Origin: an uncultured Gemmatimonadales bacterium
Lineage (GTDB): Bacteria; Gemmatimonadota; Gemmatimonadetes; Gemmatimonadales; GWC2-71-9
Direction of reading: 5' to 3'
Assembly: GCA_963821525.1 (NCBI GenBank)
Contig: CAWGED010000019.1
Location: 352,001-416,000 of the forward strand
Length of the DNA: 64,000 nt
A model generated the notes under the pieces. It searched no databases. It was not told the origin of the DNA and was given only the letters and a program-made list of their open reading frames with translations. Made by a program: the position numbers and the translations under genes. This document shows positions 1 to 11,591 of this stretch, piece after piece; position 1 is the stretch's first letter; each line of letters starts with the position of its first letter.

Positions 1-478
1 CCGCGTGACCCCGCCAGAGCACCGCGTTGCTCTTGGCGTCCCGGAGCTCGATGATGACCGCGCCATATTCCCACTCGGCCGGGCTGGCGTCCTCGGCTCC
101 CGGTCCCCAATCACGCCACCAACTCGGCCGCCACAGATAGTCGAAATCCCAATCGGTCACATCGTCACGATCCGGCACCGCCAGATAGAAGGCGACGACC
201 GCGTCCGGATTCGCGTCGGAGACGGAGTAGCCGGCATGTTTCAAGCCTGAGACGAGCTCGCGACGAATGGTCTGGCTGGCTGCCGCGTCGTTCAGCAGCG
301 GATTCACCTCGAATGGTGACAGGCCTCCCAGAAATTCGGCGGACCGCTTAACACTTACCGTCCGCATTACAGTGTGACTCTCCCCGACGCCGGTCATTGT
401 GTGCACCTGGACACTGTGTCCGTGCACCGGGAGGGACAACGCGGCGGCGGTGAGTGCTGCGAGTGCGTGGGTCGACAT
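1..478 (-). CDS. DUF4136-like exported protein (runs off window start)
   Basis: My translation of the minus strand from ATG 478: MSTHALAALTAAAL...IRRELVSGLKHAGY...PDAVVAFY...GAVIIELRDAKSNAVLWRGHA, matching the DUF4136 pattern. Not in the ORF track because the stop lies outside the window. Confidence 0.65.
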   Translation of the reverse strand, partial: MSTHALAALTAAALSLPVHGHSVQVHTMTGVGESHTVMRTVSVKRSAEFLGGLSPFEVNPLLNDAAASQTIRRELVSGLKHAGYSVSDANPDAVVAFYLAVPDRDDVTDWDFDYLWRPSWWRDWGPGAEDASPAEWEYGAVIIELRDAKSNAVLWRGHA

Positions 479-660
479 AAATTCGCCCGTAATGAAGTCA
501 GCCTTGTATCCGGTGAGCCGGTCGTCACGGCTGCGGTGATCGACTGCTGCACAATCGCGACTCGACTCGATCGTGCGCCTAGTAGTACGCTGTCTGGAGA
601 GAGTTCGTTGCAGGGTTTCGGTGAGACAAGCTGTCGCGACCTGCGGAAGGGACATGATCG

Positions 661-1848
661 ATGCCGGCACTGTCAGTCGTACAGCGCATTGAACGATACA
701 ACGCGGGTCGCGAGCCCGAACGGCTGGCTTTGAAGTACGAGGCGATGCGCAAGGATGCCTTCGCGTTCATGCGCGGAACCTGCCACCTCTTCCACGAGGA
801 CTGGCATCGCGAGCCGGTACTCGACCGGACACCACTGGCCTGGATCACCGGCGATCTCCACCTGGAGAACCTCGGGAGTTACAAGGGAGACAATCGTCTC
901 GCCTACTTCGACCTCAATGATTTCGATGAGGCTACCCTGGCGCCGGTGGCCCACGATCTTGCCCGCTTCCTCACGAGCGTCTTCGTCGGAGCGAAGTGTC
1001 TGGGTCTCAAGCAGCGCGAGGCACAGGAACTCGCGAGCGACTTTCTCGGTTCCTATACCACCGCACTGCACGACGGCAAGGCCCGATGGGTCGAGCGGCA
1101 GACCGCGAACGGCATGGTGCAGGCCCTGCTGGAAGAGGCAACCATGCTCACTCGCAAGCGCCTTCTCTCGATCCGAACCAAAATGGCGGGAGCCTCACGT
1201 CGTCTTCGTCTCGGCCGGCGTGCCCTTCCGGTCTCCGCTTCCGACCGGAAGAAGGTGATCCGAATCATTCGGCAGTTCGCGAAGCACCAGTCCAATCCCC
1301 AGTTCTATGACGTGATGGACGTGGCCCGACGAGTCGCCGGCAGCGCCAGTCTCGGGCTCGAGCGCTATGTGCTGCTGGTACGGGGCCGGGGTCTCCCGGA
1401 CAAGCTTGCGCTCCTCGATCTCAAACAGGCAATTCCTTCCAGCCTGGTGACGAGGGCCGGTTCCCGAGCCGAGTGGTCGAGCGAAGCCACCCGGATCACC
1501 TCTATTCAGCGCTGGGCTCAAGCGGTCTCGCCGGCACTGCTGCATCCGGTGCGATCGGGCGGGCGGTCTTACGTTCTCCGTGAGTTGCAGCCGACCCAGA
1601 ACCGGCTGAGCCTGGAGTCGTGGAACCGGACTCGCGCCGAACTGGAAGGCCTTATGATTACGCTCGGCCAGGTCGTCGCCTGGAGCCATCTCCGAAGCGG
1701 CGGCCGAAAGGGCTCGGCCATCGCCGACCAATGGATGGCCTTCGCCGCGGAGAAGCGGTGGCGCCCCGCGCTGCTCGCCTACGCGTCGAGCTACAGCCGC
1801 CAGGTCGAGCGTGACTGGAGGGAATTCGTGGAGGCAACGACGCCGTGA
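661..1848 (+). CDS. DUF2252 family protein (kinase-like)
   Basis: Motifs FAFMRGT, GDLHLENLG, FDLNDFDEA, RRVAGSASLG, LDLKQA, YVLRELQP; 395 aa. Confidence 0.85.
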   Translation: MPALSVVQRIERYNAGREPERLALKYEAMRKDAFAFMRGTCHLFHEDWHREPVLDRTPLAWITGDLHLENLGSYKGDNRLAYFDLNDFDEATLAPVAHDLARFLTSVFVGAKCLGLKQREAQELASDFLGSYTTALHDGKARWVERQTANGMVQALLEEATMLTRKRLLSIRTKMAGASRRLRLGRRALPVSASDRKKVIRIIRQFAKHQSNPQFYDVMDVARRVAGSASLGLERYVLLVRGRGLPDKLALLDLKQAIPSSLVTRAGSRAEWSSEATRITSIQRWAQAVSPALLHPVRSGGRSYVLRELQPTQNRLSLESWNRTRAELEGLMITLGQVVAWSHLRSGGRKGSAIADQWMAFAAEKRWRPALLAYASSYSRQVERDWREFVEATTP

Positions 1849-3488
1849 CCGCCGGAGAGACCGCGTCTCCGGCCCACTCCACCTCGGCCTGGGCACCACT
1901 CGCCTTTCGCATCTACCGGCTGATCTGGCTGGCGGTACTGGCCAGCAACATCGGCACCTGGATGCAGACGGTCGGCGCCCAGTGGCTCCTCGTCAGCCTG
2001 CCCAACGCCGCCACACTCGTGGCACTGGTTCAGACCGCAGATACACTACCCGATCTCCTGCTCGCGCTTCCCGGTGGCGCGCTGGCCGACATCTTCGACC
2101 GGCGCCGGTTCCTGATCGTCCTCCAGGTCCTTCAGATCATCGCCGGCATCGGGCTCACCTGGCTGACGTTCGCCGACCAGATGACACCGCCGTTGCTCCT
2201 CGGCTTCACCTTCCTCCTAGGTGCCGGGTCGGCGCTACAGACGCCAGCCTACGAGGCGCTCATTCCCGAGCTGGTTCCCCGGAGCGAGCTGCATGCGGCG
2301 GTGGCACTGGGCAGCGTCAATGTGAACCTCGCGCGCGCCGTCGGCCCCGCATTCGCGGGTTTGCTCATCGCGAGGCTGGGCGTGGGGGCGGTGTTTGCCC
2401 TCAATACCCTCACCTTCGTGTTTCTCCCCATCGTGCTGCTCCTGTGGCGCCCGCCCGCAGACGCAACCGCTCCCTCTCCCGAGCGATTCGTCGCCGCCCT
2501 CCGGGCAGGAGGCCGCTACGTCCGCTACTCGCCGGTAACTCAGCGGATCCTGCTCCGCTTGGGTCTCTTCGTGTTCCCGGCCACGGTTCTCTGGGCGCTC
2601 CTGCCGCTCATCGCGAGCCACCGGCTTGGAATGGGAGCCGATGGCTATGGGCTCCTCCTCGCTGCGCTCGGCGCGGGTGCGGTTGCCGGTGCATTCTTGC
2701 TGCCTTGGCTCCGCAGAAGGCTTCCGCCTAATGGGCTGCTCGCAGCCGCATGCGTGGTGTACGCCTGGGCGACGCTGCTCCTGGTCGCGATCCCTCACCC
2801 CGTCGTCGCCTTCCTTGTACTGCTCCCTGCGGGAGCCGCCTGGATCGTGGTGCTCGCATGGAGCAACGCCGAGATCCAGCTCTTTCTGCCGGTGTGGGTC
2901 AGGGCTCGCGGGCTGGCGACATATCAGATGGTGCTGTTCGGCTCGCAGGCAGTGGGTGCCCTCGCCTGGGGGCTGATGGCCGAACGTATCGGGCTGGTCC
3001 CAGCGTTCCTCATCGCAGCGGTCGTGCTGCTCCTCGGCACCGCCACCATCCTGTTCTGGCCGATGTACGATCTCTCCCGCCTCCCCACCGACCCATCAGA
3101 GAGGTGGGAGGAGCCGAGTCTGGTGCGGCATTACGAGCACGAGGAGGGACCGATCGTTGTGACCACCGCCTACACTGTGACTCCAGAGAATGAGGAGGCG
3201 TTCCTCAAGGCGATGGTTGCGGTGCGCCTCTCCCGGCTCCGCACCGGCGCCATCAGCTGGGAGCTCTACCGGGAGGGAGAGACGGCTCAGCGGTTCATCG
3301 AGCTTTTCACCGTGACCACCTGGGGCGAGCACCTGCAACAACATGGCGGACGGCAAACCGCTGCGGACACCGCCATTGACCGGCGGGCCCGCGAGCTGGC
3401 GAGTTCCAAACCGGTGACGCGGCACTTCTTCCCGGCGGAGCTGGTGGGGGACGACTGGGGATGGGTGGAGAGGGGACGGAAGACGTAG
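1845..3488 (+). CDS. MFS transporter (MFS_3 type) with C-terminal soluble domain
   Basis: SNIGTWMQTVGAQW, GALADIFDRRR, about 12 hydrophobic segments, C-terminal ...RLRTGAISW...FIELF...W.EHLQQH; GTG start overlaps the DUF2252 stop. Confidence 0.9.
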   Translation: MTAGETASPAHSTSAWAPLAFRIYRLIWLAVLASNIGTWMQTVGAQWLLVSLPNAATLVALVQTADTLPDLLLALPGGALADIFDRRRFLIVLQVLQIIAGIGLTWLTFADQMTPPLLLGFTFLLGAGSALQTPAYEALIPELVPRSELHAAVALGSVNVNLARAVGPAFAGLLIARLGVGAVFALNTLTFVFLPIVLLLWRPPADATAPSPERFVAALRAGGRYVRYSPVTQRILLRLGLFVFPATVLWALLPLIASHRLGMGADGYGLLLAALGAGAVAGAFLLPWLRRRLPPNGLLAAACVVYAWATLLLVAIPHPVVAFLVLLPAGAAWIVVLAWSNAEIQLFLPVWVRARGLATYQMVLFGSQAVGALAWGLMAERIGLVPAFLIAAVVLLLGTATILFWPMYDLSRLPTDPSERWEEPSLVRHYEHEEGPIVVTTAYTVTPENEEAFLKAMVAVRLSRLRTGAISWELYREGETAQRFIELFTVTTWGEHLQQHGGRQTAADTAIDRRARELASSKPVTRHFFPAELVGDDWGWVERGRKT

Positions 3489-3531
3489 GGCGGAGTACAT
3501 CCGAAATCGTTGCCTCACTCTGGAGCTGCTC

Positions 3532-4882
3532 ATGAACCGCTCGCTCATCTGGGCGCCGTGCGTGCCGGCACTCGTCCTCGCCTGTCAGCCGCAGACTGTT
3601 CCCGTTCCCCAAACCGATCCGACCCCGCCGACCGCGCTCTGGCTCCAGGCCAATCCGCCCGCGGCACCGCTCGCCAACGTAACCCTCGGCGGGACGCCGC
3701 TGACTGCCGAGGTGGGCGATTCTGGCGTGGTGCAGCTGACCGCTAATGGAAGCGATCCCGAGGGCCTCCATGCGATCCGGCTCTGGATGACGGTCAAACG
3801 CGCGCGCCCCGGTCAGGTCGAAGGCCCGGGTCTCGCCGGGGCACCGGTTGCGGAACAGAGCACGCCAGCCACTGCCGGAGGCACCGCGACGACCTCGCTA
3901 TCGGTGTCGTACGGGTTGTCGCCCTCGACCGAGATCGGCGCCTTCGACGACCTGTGGGTTGACCTCTGGGCCGAGGCGGAGAATTTCGGCGGTGGCATCG
4001 TGAAGACGGCCGTGCTCACCCTGCATCTCCGGTGGGAAGGGCTTCGCCTCCATGTCATCGCCCTCAGCGACGATGACGGAAGTAATGCGTCCACGGTCAG
4101 CGCCACCGATTTCGTGCAGGCGCTCGACAGTCTCAATCGGGTGTATCGGGGGACTCGCATCCGGTTCCGCTACAATCCGGCCACCGACTACCAGATGATG
4201 CAGTCTACCGCGCTCAACCAGAACCTGATGTTCGGCGATGCGACCGGGCGCGCGTCCGGCAACGCGATCGCCCTTACGATGCCGACCGCGATTCCGATCT
4301 TTCTGCGTATGGCCGGTGGTGGCAATGGCAACGCGGCGCCCCCTCCGGGACTGACCGGGATCCCGCCCGGGATTGATCCAGGGGGAGTGGTACAGAACTA
4401 TGTGGCGCTTCCAAACCAGCCTCGATTGGGTCAATTTCATCGCCGCCCACGAAATCGGTCACTACCTGGGTCTCTATCACACTTTCCCGGGCTGGGGCGG
4501 TCCAAGCTGGGCGAATGAGCAGGCGGTGATCGACTGGATGACGACGCACGACGGCACCATCGCCGCCTTCGACGGAGACCTGTTGCCCGATACGCCCCCC
4601 GATCCGGAACAGGCACTGTTTGCGCTCAAGGGCGGGCCTACCTACACCGCAGATCATGGTCACGCTTTCTACTGCGACCAGACCACGGTCGATGCGTCGG
4701 GAACCGTAGCCGGCGCAGCCCAGACGGTGCACTTCGCGCCCGACATGCTGAACGTCATGAGTTACTACTCCCCATGCCCCGCCGGGACCCCGAACTTCGG
4801 CCAACGGCACTTCACCAGGGAGCAGGTGGCCCGGATACATAAGGCGCTGACCGATCCGGCTCGGTCGCAGCTGGTGCAGTAA
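3532..4882 (+). CDS. M43 (pappalysin/ulilysin-like) zinc metalloprotease lipoprotein, frameshifted near 4410-4435
   Basis: Lipobox VLAC in ORF 3532..4518; HEIGHYLGLYHTF, DLLPDTPP, Met-turn LNVMSY and FTREQVARI in overlapping ORF 4373..4882. Confidence 0.75.
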
Positions 4883-4924
4883 AGTGGTGAGTGGAGGCTT
4901 AGGGCCGACGGCTGTCGCCTCACG

Positions 4925-4955
4925 GCTAAACGCTAACAGCTAACCGCTAACAGCT
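4925..4955. repeat. heptamer tandem array (GCTAACA/GCTAACC x4)
   Basis: gctaaac gctaaca gctaacc gctaaca gct, immediately before the xth start. Confidence 0.8.
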
Positions 4956-4958
4956 CGA

Positions 4959-5702
4959 GTGAAAATCGCCACCTGGAACGTCAACGGCATCCGGGCTCGC
5001 GCTACCCAGCTGCAGGAGTGGCTGGAGCAGGAGCGGCCGGACGTGGTATGCCTGCAGGAGCTCAAAGCTGAGTTGTCGCAGATCCCCGAGGTGTGCCGGC
5101 ACCCGGACTATCACGCATACTGGCACACACTCAAAGGGTATTCGGGCGTATCACTGCAGGTTCGTAAGGAGTTGTGCCCCACCGATCCGGTCTACAGTCA
5201 TCCCCCTTTCGACATGGAATCACGGATCGTGCAGGTGGACCACGGCGACCTCGTCATCGCCTCGATTTACGTGCCGAATGGCGGGAAGGACTACGCCTCC
5301 AAGCTGAGCTTCCTGACCCAGCTTACCGACTGGACCCGGCGCCTGATGGCCGAGGGACGCGAAGTCTTGTTGTGTGGGGATATGAACATCGCGCGGACCG
5401 ATCTCGACGTGCACCCGCGGGAGCGGAAGCTAAACGCGGTGGGTCAGCGGCCGGATGAGCGCACTTTGTTCGAGGGACTATTCGGCACTGGCCTGGTGGA
5501 TCTCGGACGAACCTTCGATCCGGAAAATCCTGGTCTCTTCACCTGGTGGGCGCCGTGGCGCAACCTACGGGCGCGCAATATCGGCTGGCGATTGGATTAC
5601 CTGCTGGCCTCTCCGACGCTCGCATCACGCACGACGACCTGCCTGGTCAGGGCGGAAGTCGGGACCAGTGATCATGCGCCGGTGGTGATGACAACTAGTT
5701 AA
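4959..5702 (+). CDS. xth: exodeoxyribonuclease III
   Basis: MKIATWNVNGIRAR, LQELK, YSGV, YVPNG, GDMN, FTWW, GWRLDY, SDHAPV. Confidence 0.95.
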   Translation: MKIATWNVNGIRARATQLQEWLEQERPDVVCLQELKAELSQIPEVCRHPDYHAYWHTLKGYSGVSLQVRKELCPTDPVYSHPPFDMESRIVQVDHGDLVIASIYVPNGGKDYASKLSFLTQLTDWTRRLMAEGREVLLCGDMNIARTDLDVHPRERKLNAVGQRPDERTLFEGLFGTGLVDLGRTFDPENPGLFTWWAPWRNLRARNIGWRLDYLLASPTLASRTTTCLVRAEVGTSDHAPVVMTTS

Positions 5703-5773
5703 TAGTACCGAGTACCGGGTGGCTGAGGGGACCAGACGCCCTGCATCAGGCGCCTGGTCCCATGTTGCTCCTG

Positions 5774-7234
5774 CTAAGTGGTTCCAGCCATCTGCGCCGC
5801 CTTGCTGCGAACCAGCGCGTAATTCAGGGCCGGCAGTCCATTCCAGTGAGCCGCCTTGCCGGCGTAGTCGCGTGCCTTCCCCGTGTCGCCCTTGCCCTGA
5901 TAGGCCATCGCCAGTCGATAGAGGTTGTAGGGGTCCTGGAGATTCGACTGCTGCAGTTCAGTGATCGCCGCGTCGTATTGCTTCCCCGCGAGGGCGATCC
6001 TGCCGGCCAACTCATGGGTCAGATTGTTCTGAAACCGGTTCCCATTGCCGGCCGAGCCCTTGGCGAAGGCCTCGGACTCGGTCCGAGCGGTCGCCAGATC
6101 GCCCTTGGCGATCGCCACGCCGGCGACGTTGGCGTGGTGAAACAGTGTCGTCACCCCTTTGACCGCTGGTGAGAGTGCCGAGCTCTCGGTGATGTGGAGC
6201 GCCTTGTCGTACGCGGTCAGGGCCTCATCGTTTCTGCCCATCGCCAGCAACAGGTTGCCCTTGAAGTTCATGTCTGCGGTCATCGCGCCGGCATCTCCCG
6301 CCTTTTCCGCGATTGCAAACTCCCGCTCGGCCTGCTGAATGGCCTGGTCCAGTTTCCCCTGGTCGGTGTAGACCACCGCCTGAACGAAGACCGCCTGGCG
6401 ACGCTCGCCATCATTGCGGGCGTTGGCGTACAGGTCGCCGAGGCGACTGGTCGCCACGTCGGGCTTGCCGAGGTAGAGCGCATTGATGGCGGTACCGATC
6501 CGGGCCGAGATGAAATGGGGATCGAGGGCCAGGGCCTTCTGGTACTGGGTAACCGATTCGTCGAACCGGCCCATCTTCATGAGCAGTTCGGCATAGGAAT
6601 CGTAAGGGTTCGGGTCGTTGGGGATGAGTTCCGCGTACTTCTTGAAAGCCTGCTCCGCCTCGGGATAGCTGCCCACGGTCTTGTACGCATAGCCAAGGTT
6701 GTTGTAGACCGGAGGGAATGATGGTGCGATGGCGGTCGTGGCCTTGAAGGTCTCGATGGCCTTGGCGTCATCCTGCTGGCCCTGATAGAAGACGCCCAGG
6801 GCGAACCGAGCTCGCTCATCATTCGGGAACAAGGTGACGTTTCGCTCCAGACACTCTTTCGACTTGGCGGCATTCCCAACCGCGCCGGCCTCGGCTGCCT
6901 GGATCGCCAGCCGTTCTCCTTCGGAGGCCTTCTCGGCCAGCGCGATGGCCCGGTCCAGATGGAGCCGGAACTCCTTCGCGGTGCCGGAAACATTGGCGCG
7001 GGCCAGCTCTGCGGAGGCAAAGTTCGGGTCGAGCTCCAGCGCCTTGTCGAAGTGAGCGATGGCGTCGGTAGCCTGGAGATTGTCTGCCAGTTCACGGCCG
7101 GTGAGGAATTCCTTCTTCGCAGCTTCGGAGCTGGTTGTGATGGGGATCTTGTCTCCGCCGGGGTCGGCTCGGGTCGCCGGCTGCGCCAGCAAGACGATCA
7201 GCGGGAAAAGCCCTAAGAGCGTTGCTTGTTTCAT
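5774..7234 (-). CDS. exported tetratricopeptide-repeat protein
   Basis: Signal peptide; repeated TPR signatures (ALELDPNFA, YNNLGYAY, PNDPNPYDSYAE, ALALDPHF). Confidence 0.85.
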   Translation of the reverse strand: MKQATLLGLFPLIVLLAQPATRADPGGDKIPITTSSEAAKKEFLTGRELADNLQATDAIAHFDKALELDPNFASAELARANVSGTAKEFRLHLDRAIALAEKASEGERLAIQAAEAGAVGNAAKSKECLERNVTLFPNDERARFALGVFYQGQQDDAKAIETFKATTAIAPSFPPVYNNLGYAYKTVGSYPEAEQAFKKYAELIPNDPNPYDSYAELLMKMGRFDESVTQYQKALALDPHFISARIGTAINALYLGKPDVATSRLGDLYANARNDGERRQAVFVQAVVYTDQGKLDQAIQQAEREFAIAEKAGDAGAMTADMNFKGNLLLAMGRNDEALTAYDKALHITESSALSPAVKGVTTLFHHANVAGVAIAKGDLATARTESEAFAKGSAGNGNRFQNNLTHELAGRIALAGKQYDAAITELQQSNLQDPYNLYRLAMAYQGKGDTGKARDYAGKAAHWNGLPALNYALVRSKAAQMAGTT

Positions 7235-7411
7235 TGCGCGACTCCTCGGTGGATGATGCAGAATGGAAGGAACCGCTTGGCGGAGAGCCAGCGATGGATC
7301 TTCCTACGAGGAGTGCGAGCGAACGGTGTCGGCGCTGCGCGCCAGGTCGGTATTGATGTCGTACTCGGCGAGTTGTGCTGCTGTTGTTTCGATGACGTTG
7401 GTGTAGCCCGA

Positions 7412-8032
7412 CTACTCCGGCCACAACTTGAATGCCCCGCTGGCCGCATCGTACGCCTCCACGCGGCCGGTGTGGATCTCGTAATACCAGCCATGAATTC
7501 CGAGCGTCCCGTTCTTGAAGCGCTCCTCCACGGCCGGATGGGTGTGGAGGTGCGCCATTTGCTCGACCACGTTGAGTCGGGACAGGATCTCCAGGCGCTC
7601 GGACTCAGCCAGCCCCGCGTGATCCCGGCCCAACCGCTCCAGAGCCGGACCGGCGAAGGTCAGCCATCGCGCAGTAGCGGGAATCGCCGCCAGAGTCTCC
7701 GAATGGAGCAAACCATTCATGGCCCCGCAGGTGGAGTGGCCGCAAACGATGATGTCGCGCACGCCGAGGACCGCCACCGAATATTCGATGCTGGCGGAAA
7801 CCCCCACCCGATCCGAGTCATCATAGACCGGAACGATATTGCCGGGAGTCCGTTCCACAAAGATTTCTCCCGGTGCGCTGTCGGTCAGCAGCGACGGGTC
7901 AATCCGGGAGTCTCCGCAGGTGAGAAACAAGGCATCCGGTTTCTGCTTTTCTGCCAGCTCTTCGTAGAGCGCCCGGTTGGCAGGGAAAATTTCGGTACGA
8001 AAGCGCCGCACTCCATCCTGGATACGGTGCAC
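7412..8032 (-). CDS. beta-class carbonic anhydrase
   Basis: CGDSR and HSTCGA zinc ligands, SIEYSV, HGWYYEI; GTG 8032 preceded by GAGGA. Confidence 0.9.
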   Translation of the reverse strand: MHRIQDGVRRFRTEIFPANRALYEELAEKQKPDALFLTCGDSRIDPSLLTDSAPGEIFVERTPGNIVPVYDDSDRVGVSASIEYSVAVLGVRDIIVCGHSTCGAMNGLLHSETLAAIPATARWLTFAGPALERLGRDHAGLAESERLEILSRLNVVEQMAHLHTHPAVEERFKNGTLGIHGWYYEIHTGRVEAYDAASGAFKLWPE

Positions 8033-8194
8033 AGTGGGTTCCTCGAGTGGGTGGCGAGTGCCGCCGAGCACTGGCATACGATGGGATCAAGAAGCCGTGA
8101 GCCTGCCCACGGCTAATCTGCTCGACCCAACACCGCCCGCAAGGCGGCTTGGAGCGCGAGTGTCCGCCTTTCTCGTCCTCTGCCTCGGGCGAAT

Positions 8195-8404
8195 TCAACC
8201 CCTGACCCTCGGGGTGCACCCCAACAGCCTGAATCGGCCCAGCATCCGTTCCAGCGGGCAGAATCCGGTCAGGCTGGACTGGAACAGGTTGAACCCTACG
8301 AAGGCGGTAAACAGCAGCCAGTAGGGACTTACCCACCACCCGAGGGCAAGGGAGCCCAGAATGAATGTGCCGGCAATTCGGCGAATGACCATCTCGTTGC
8401 ACAT
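8195..8404 (-). CDS. DUF2892 (YgaP-like) small membrane protein
   Basis: RRIAG...two TM segments...FVGFNLFQSSLTGFCP. Confidence 0.85.
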   Translation of the reverse strand: MCNEMVIRRIAGTFILGSLALGWWVSPYWLLFTAFVGFNLFQSSLTGFCPLERMLGRFRLLGCTPRVRG

Positions 8405-8429
8405 ACGAATCTCTCCAGGTTGAAGAACC

Positions 8430-11400
8430 CTACGACTCGCGCCGCCGCAGCTCCCAGTACAAGAGGGGCACGACCACCATCGTGAGCAGCGTCGCCACGA
8501 TGGCGCCGCTCATGAGCGCCACGGCCAGTCCCTGAAAAATCGGATCCAGCACCATGACCAGTCCCCCGACGACCACCGCGGCCGCAGTGAGGGCAATGGG
8601 CCGGAAGCGTACCGCGCCCGCCTCGATCACGGCCTGGCGCAGCGGCACGCCGCGTTCCTCCGCCAGGCGAATGAAGTCGACCAGCAGGATCGAGTTGCGA
8701 ACGATGATTCCGGCCAGGGCGATCATTCCGATCATACTGGTTGCCGTGAAGAAGGCCCCGGTCAGCGCATGCCCCGGCAGGATGCCGATCAGGGTGAGCG
8801 GAATCGGAGCCATGATGACCAGCGGGATGCTGAACGATTCGAACCACCAGACCACCAGCACATAGATCAGGAGCAGGACCGCCGCGAAGGCGAGGCCAAG
8901 GTCGCGGAAGACCTCGATGGTGATCTGCCACTCGCCATCCCACTTGATCGCAGTCTCGTCCAGCCGGTCGGGTTGCACCGCGTTGTAGCGCCGGATCTGC
9001 GTGCCCGCCACCCGGATCGTGTCCAGGGCGCGGTTCATGGCGAGGATCGCGTAGACCGGACTCTCGATGCTTCCCGCCACATCGCCGGTCACGTAGATCA
9101 CCGGGCGGAGGTCGCGGCGGTATCGCGCCGGATCCCGGAGTGTCGAGTCGATCGCGACGAACCGCGCGAGCGGCTCGGGACCAGTCGCCGTCGGAACCGG
9201 GATCGCGAGCAGGGCCTCTGCCGTCGACCGCCGGGCTAAGCGGCAGTCGGGGGACGATCGCGATTCCCTCGCGCGCCGTGCCTGAGGCGATGCGGCCGGC
9301 GGGACTGCCCGACTCGGCGAGATAGACTGTCTGCACGATCTGGTCGACGCTCACCCCCGCCGCCGCGGCCCGCGCCCGATCGATCCGGAATGCGAGTCGG
9401 GCCTGGGGCGACTCGACCGTCCAGTCGACATCGACCACGCCGGGCGTAGTCTCGAACACCTGCTTCACCCGCGTGGCGGCGGCGAGGCGCGCGCTGTCCG
9501 TGCCGGCGTATACCTCCGCGACCAGCGTGGACAGCACCGGCGGACCTGGGGGGATCTCCGCGATCTTGGCGCTTGCCTGGTAGCGCCGGGCGATTGAATC
9601 GATCGCCGGTCGCACCGCGACCGCGATGGCATGGCTCTGCCTGGAACGCTCGGCCTTGCCCACCAGATTCACCTGTACGTCGGCGACGTTGGGGCCGCGA
9701 CGCATGAAGTAATGCCGCACCAGCCCGTTGAAGTTGAAAGGCGCTGCGGTGCCCGCGTACACCTGGGTGTTGCGCACCTCTGGTACCGTGCGCAGGTAGG
9801 CCGACACCTCCGCGCCGAGTGCGGCGCTGCTCTCCAGCGTAGTCCCTTCCGGTGGGTCCAGAATTACCTGGAATTCCGACTTGTTGTCGAACGGCAGCAT
9901 CTTGACCTGCACCACCCGCGCGCCCACCAGCCCCATGGACAGGAGGAGCAGGACTACGACACCGCCATAGAACAGCCTCCGGCGACGCGGCCGGTCCATG
10001 AGGCCGCTCATGAGCCGGGTGTAGAACCGGCTGAAACGGGTGCCCGAAGTCTCCCCCACCTTTTCCGGCATCCCTTGACTCGGCTTGACGTGGCCCTTGA
10101 GCAGCCGGTACGCGAGATAGGGGGTGATGACGAACGCCACCGCGAGGCTCGCCAGCATGGCGACGCTGGCGCCGACCGGAATCGGACGCATGTAGGGACC
10201 CATGAGTCCGCGCACGAACGCCATTGGCAGGATCGCGGCGATCACCGTGAAGGTCGCGAGGATGGTCGGGTTCCCGACCTCGTCCACTCCTTCCACCGCC
10301 GCCTCGGCCGGATCCTTCCCACCCATCGCGATATGCCGGTAGATGTTCTCCACGACCACGATGGCATCATCGACCAGGATGCCGATCGAGAAAATCAGCG
10401 CGAACAGGGTGATGCGGTTGAGCGTATAGCCCAGCGCGTAGTAGCTGAACAGGGTAAGCGCGAGGGTCACCGGCACCGCGACCAGTACCACGACCGCCTC
10501 ACGCCATCCCAGGAAGAGCCCGATCAGGAGTGTCACGGAGATCGTCGCGATCCCGAGGTGCTGGATGAGTTCGCTGGCCTTCTCCCGCGCGGTCTCGCCG
10601 TAATTCCTGGTCTCGGCCACGGTCACATCGCCGGGCAGGAGCCGGCTCCGCGCCTGCTCCACCCGCTCCAGCACCCGGCGGGCGACGTCGGTCGCGTTGG
10701 CGCCCTTTCGCTTGGCGATGCTGATCGTGACCGCGCTGGCGGTACCGGAGTCCGGGGTGGCGTAGGTGACGTAATCAGAACGCTCGCCGAATTCCTCCCG
10801 CACCATCGCGACATTGCGGACATACACTGCGGAGCCGCCCCGCGAGCTCACCACGACGCCCGCTACCTCGGCCGCGTCGGCCAGAGCGGCGCCGATCTGC
10901 ACCCGGTAGACCAAGCCGGCGCTCGTCAACTCGCCCGCCTCGAGTCTCGCATTGGCGCCCTTGAGTGCCAGGGCAACCTCGCCCGGAGTCACGCCGGCGG
11001 CAGCCAGCCGAGCCGGATCGAGATCCACCCGGATCTGCCGGGGCTGGCCCCCGATCACCGAGGTCTCCGCGACGTCGGGCACCGTGCGGATCTCGTCCTC
11101 GAGCTGAGTCGCCATCTGCCGCAGCTGGTCGGAGCCGTACCGGCTGGAGGCAATGGTCAGCGTGAGGATCGGCACATCATCGATCGAGTGCGGTTTCACC
11201 AGCGGCGGCAGCGCACCCGGCGGCATCCGGTCCCAGTCTGCAAACAGCTTCGCGTGGACCCGGGTCACGCTGCGCTCCTGGTCTTCACCCACTTTGAAGC
11301 GCACCGTGACGAGGGTGTAGCCCTCGCCGGCCATGGAGTACACATGCTCGACCGCCGGGATCTCCCACATCCGCTGTTCGATCGGCCTGGTGAGGAGGAG

Positions 11401-11589
11401 GTCGACCTCGGCAGGTGTCGCGCCCGGCAGCGCCGCGATGACATCGATCATCGGTACCGAGATCTGGGGCTCTTCCTCGCGCGGTGTTGCCAGGATGCCC
11501 AGCAACCCTACCGCCAGCGACGCCACCGTCACCAGTGGAGTGAGCTTCGAGTTCAGGAATCGGCTGGCGAGCCGGCCGGCGAAACCCAT
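8430..11589 (-). CDS. RND efflux permease (AcrB family), frameshifted near 9235
   Basis: PREEEPQI, GILVDDAIVVVENI in ORF 8329..11589; C-terminal TMs GIIVRNSILLVDF, RFRPIALT in ORF 8430..9101. Confidence 0.9.
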
Positions 11590-11591
11590 GG

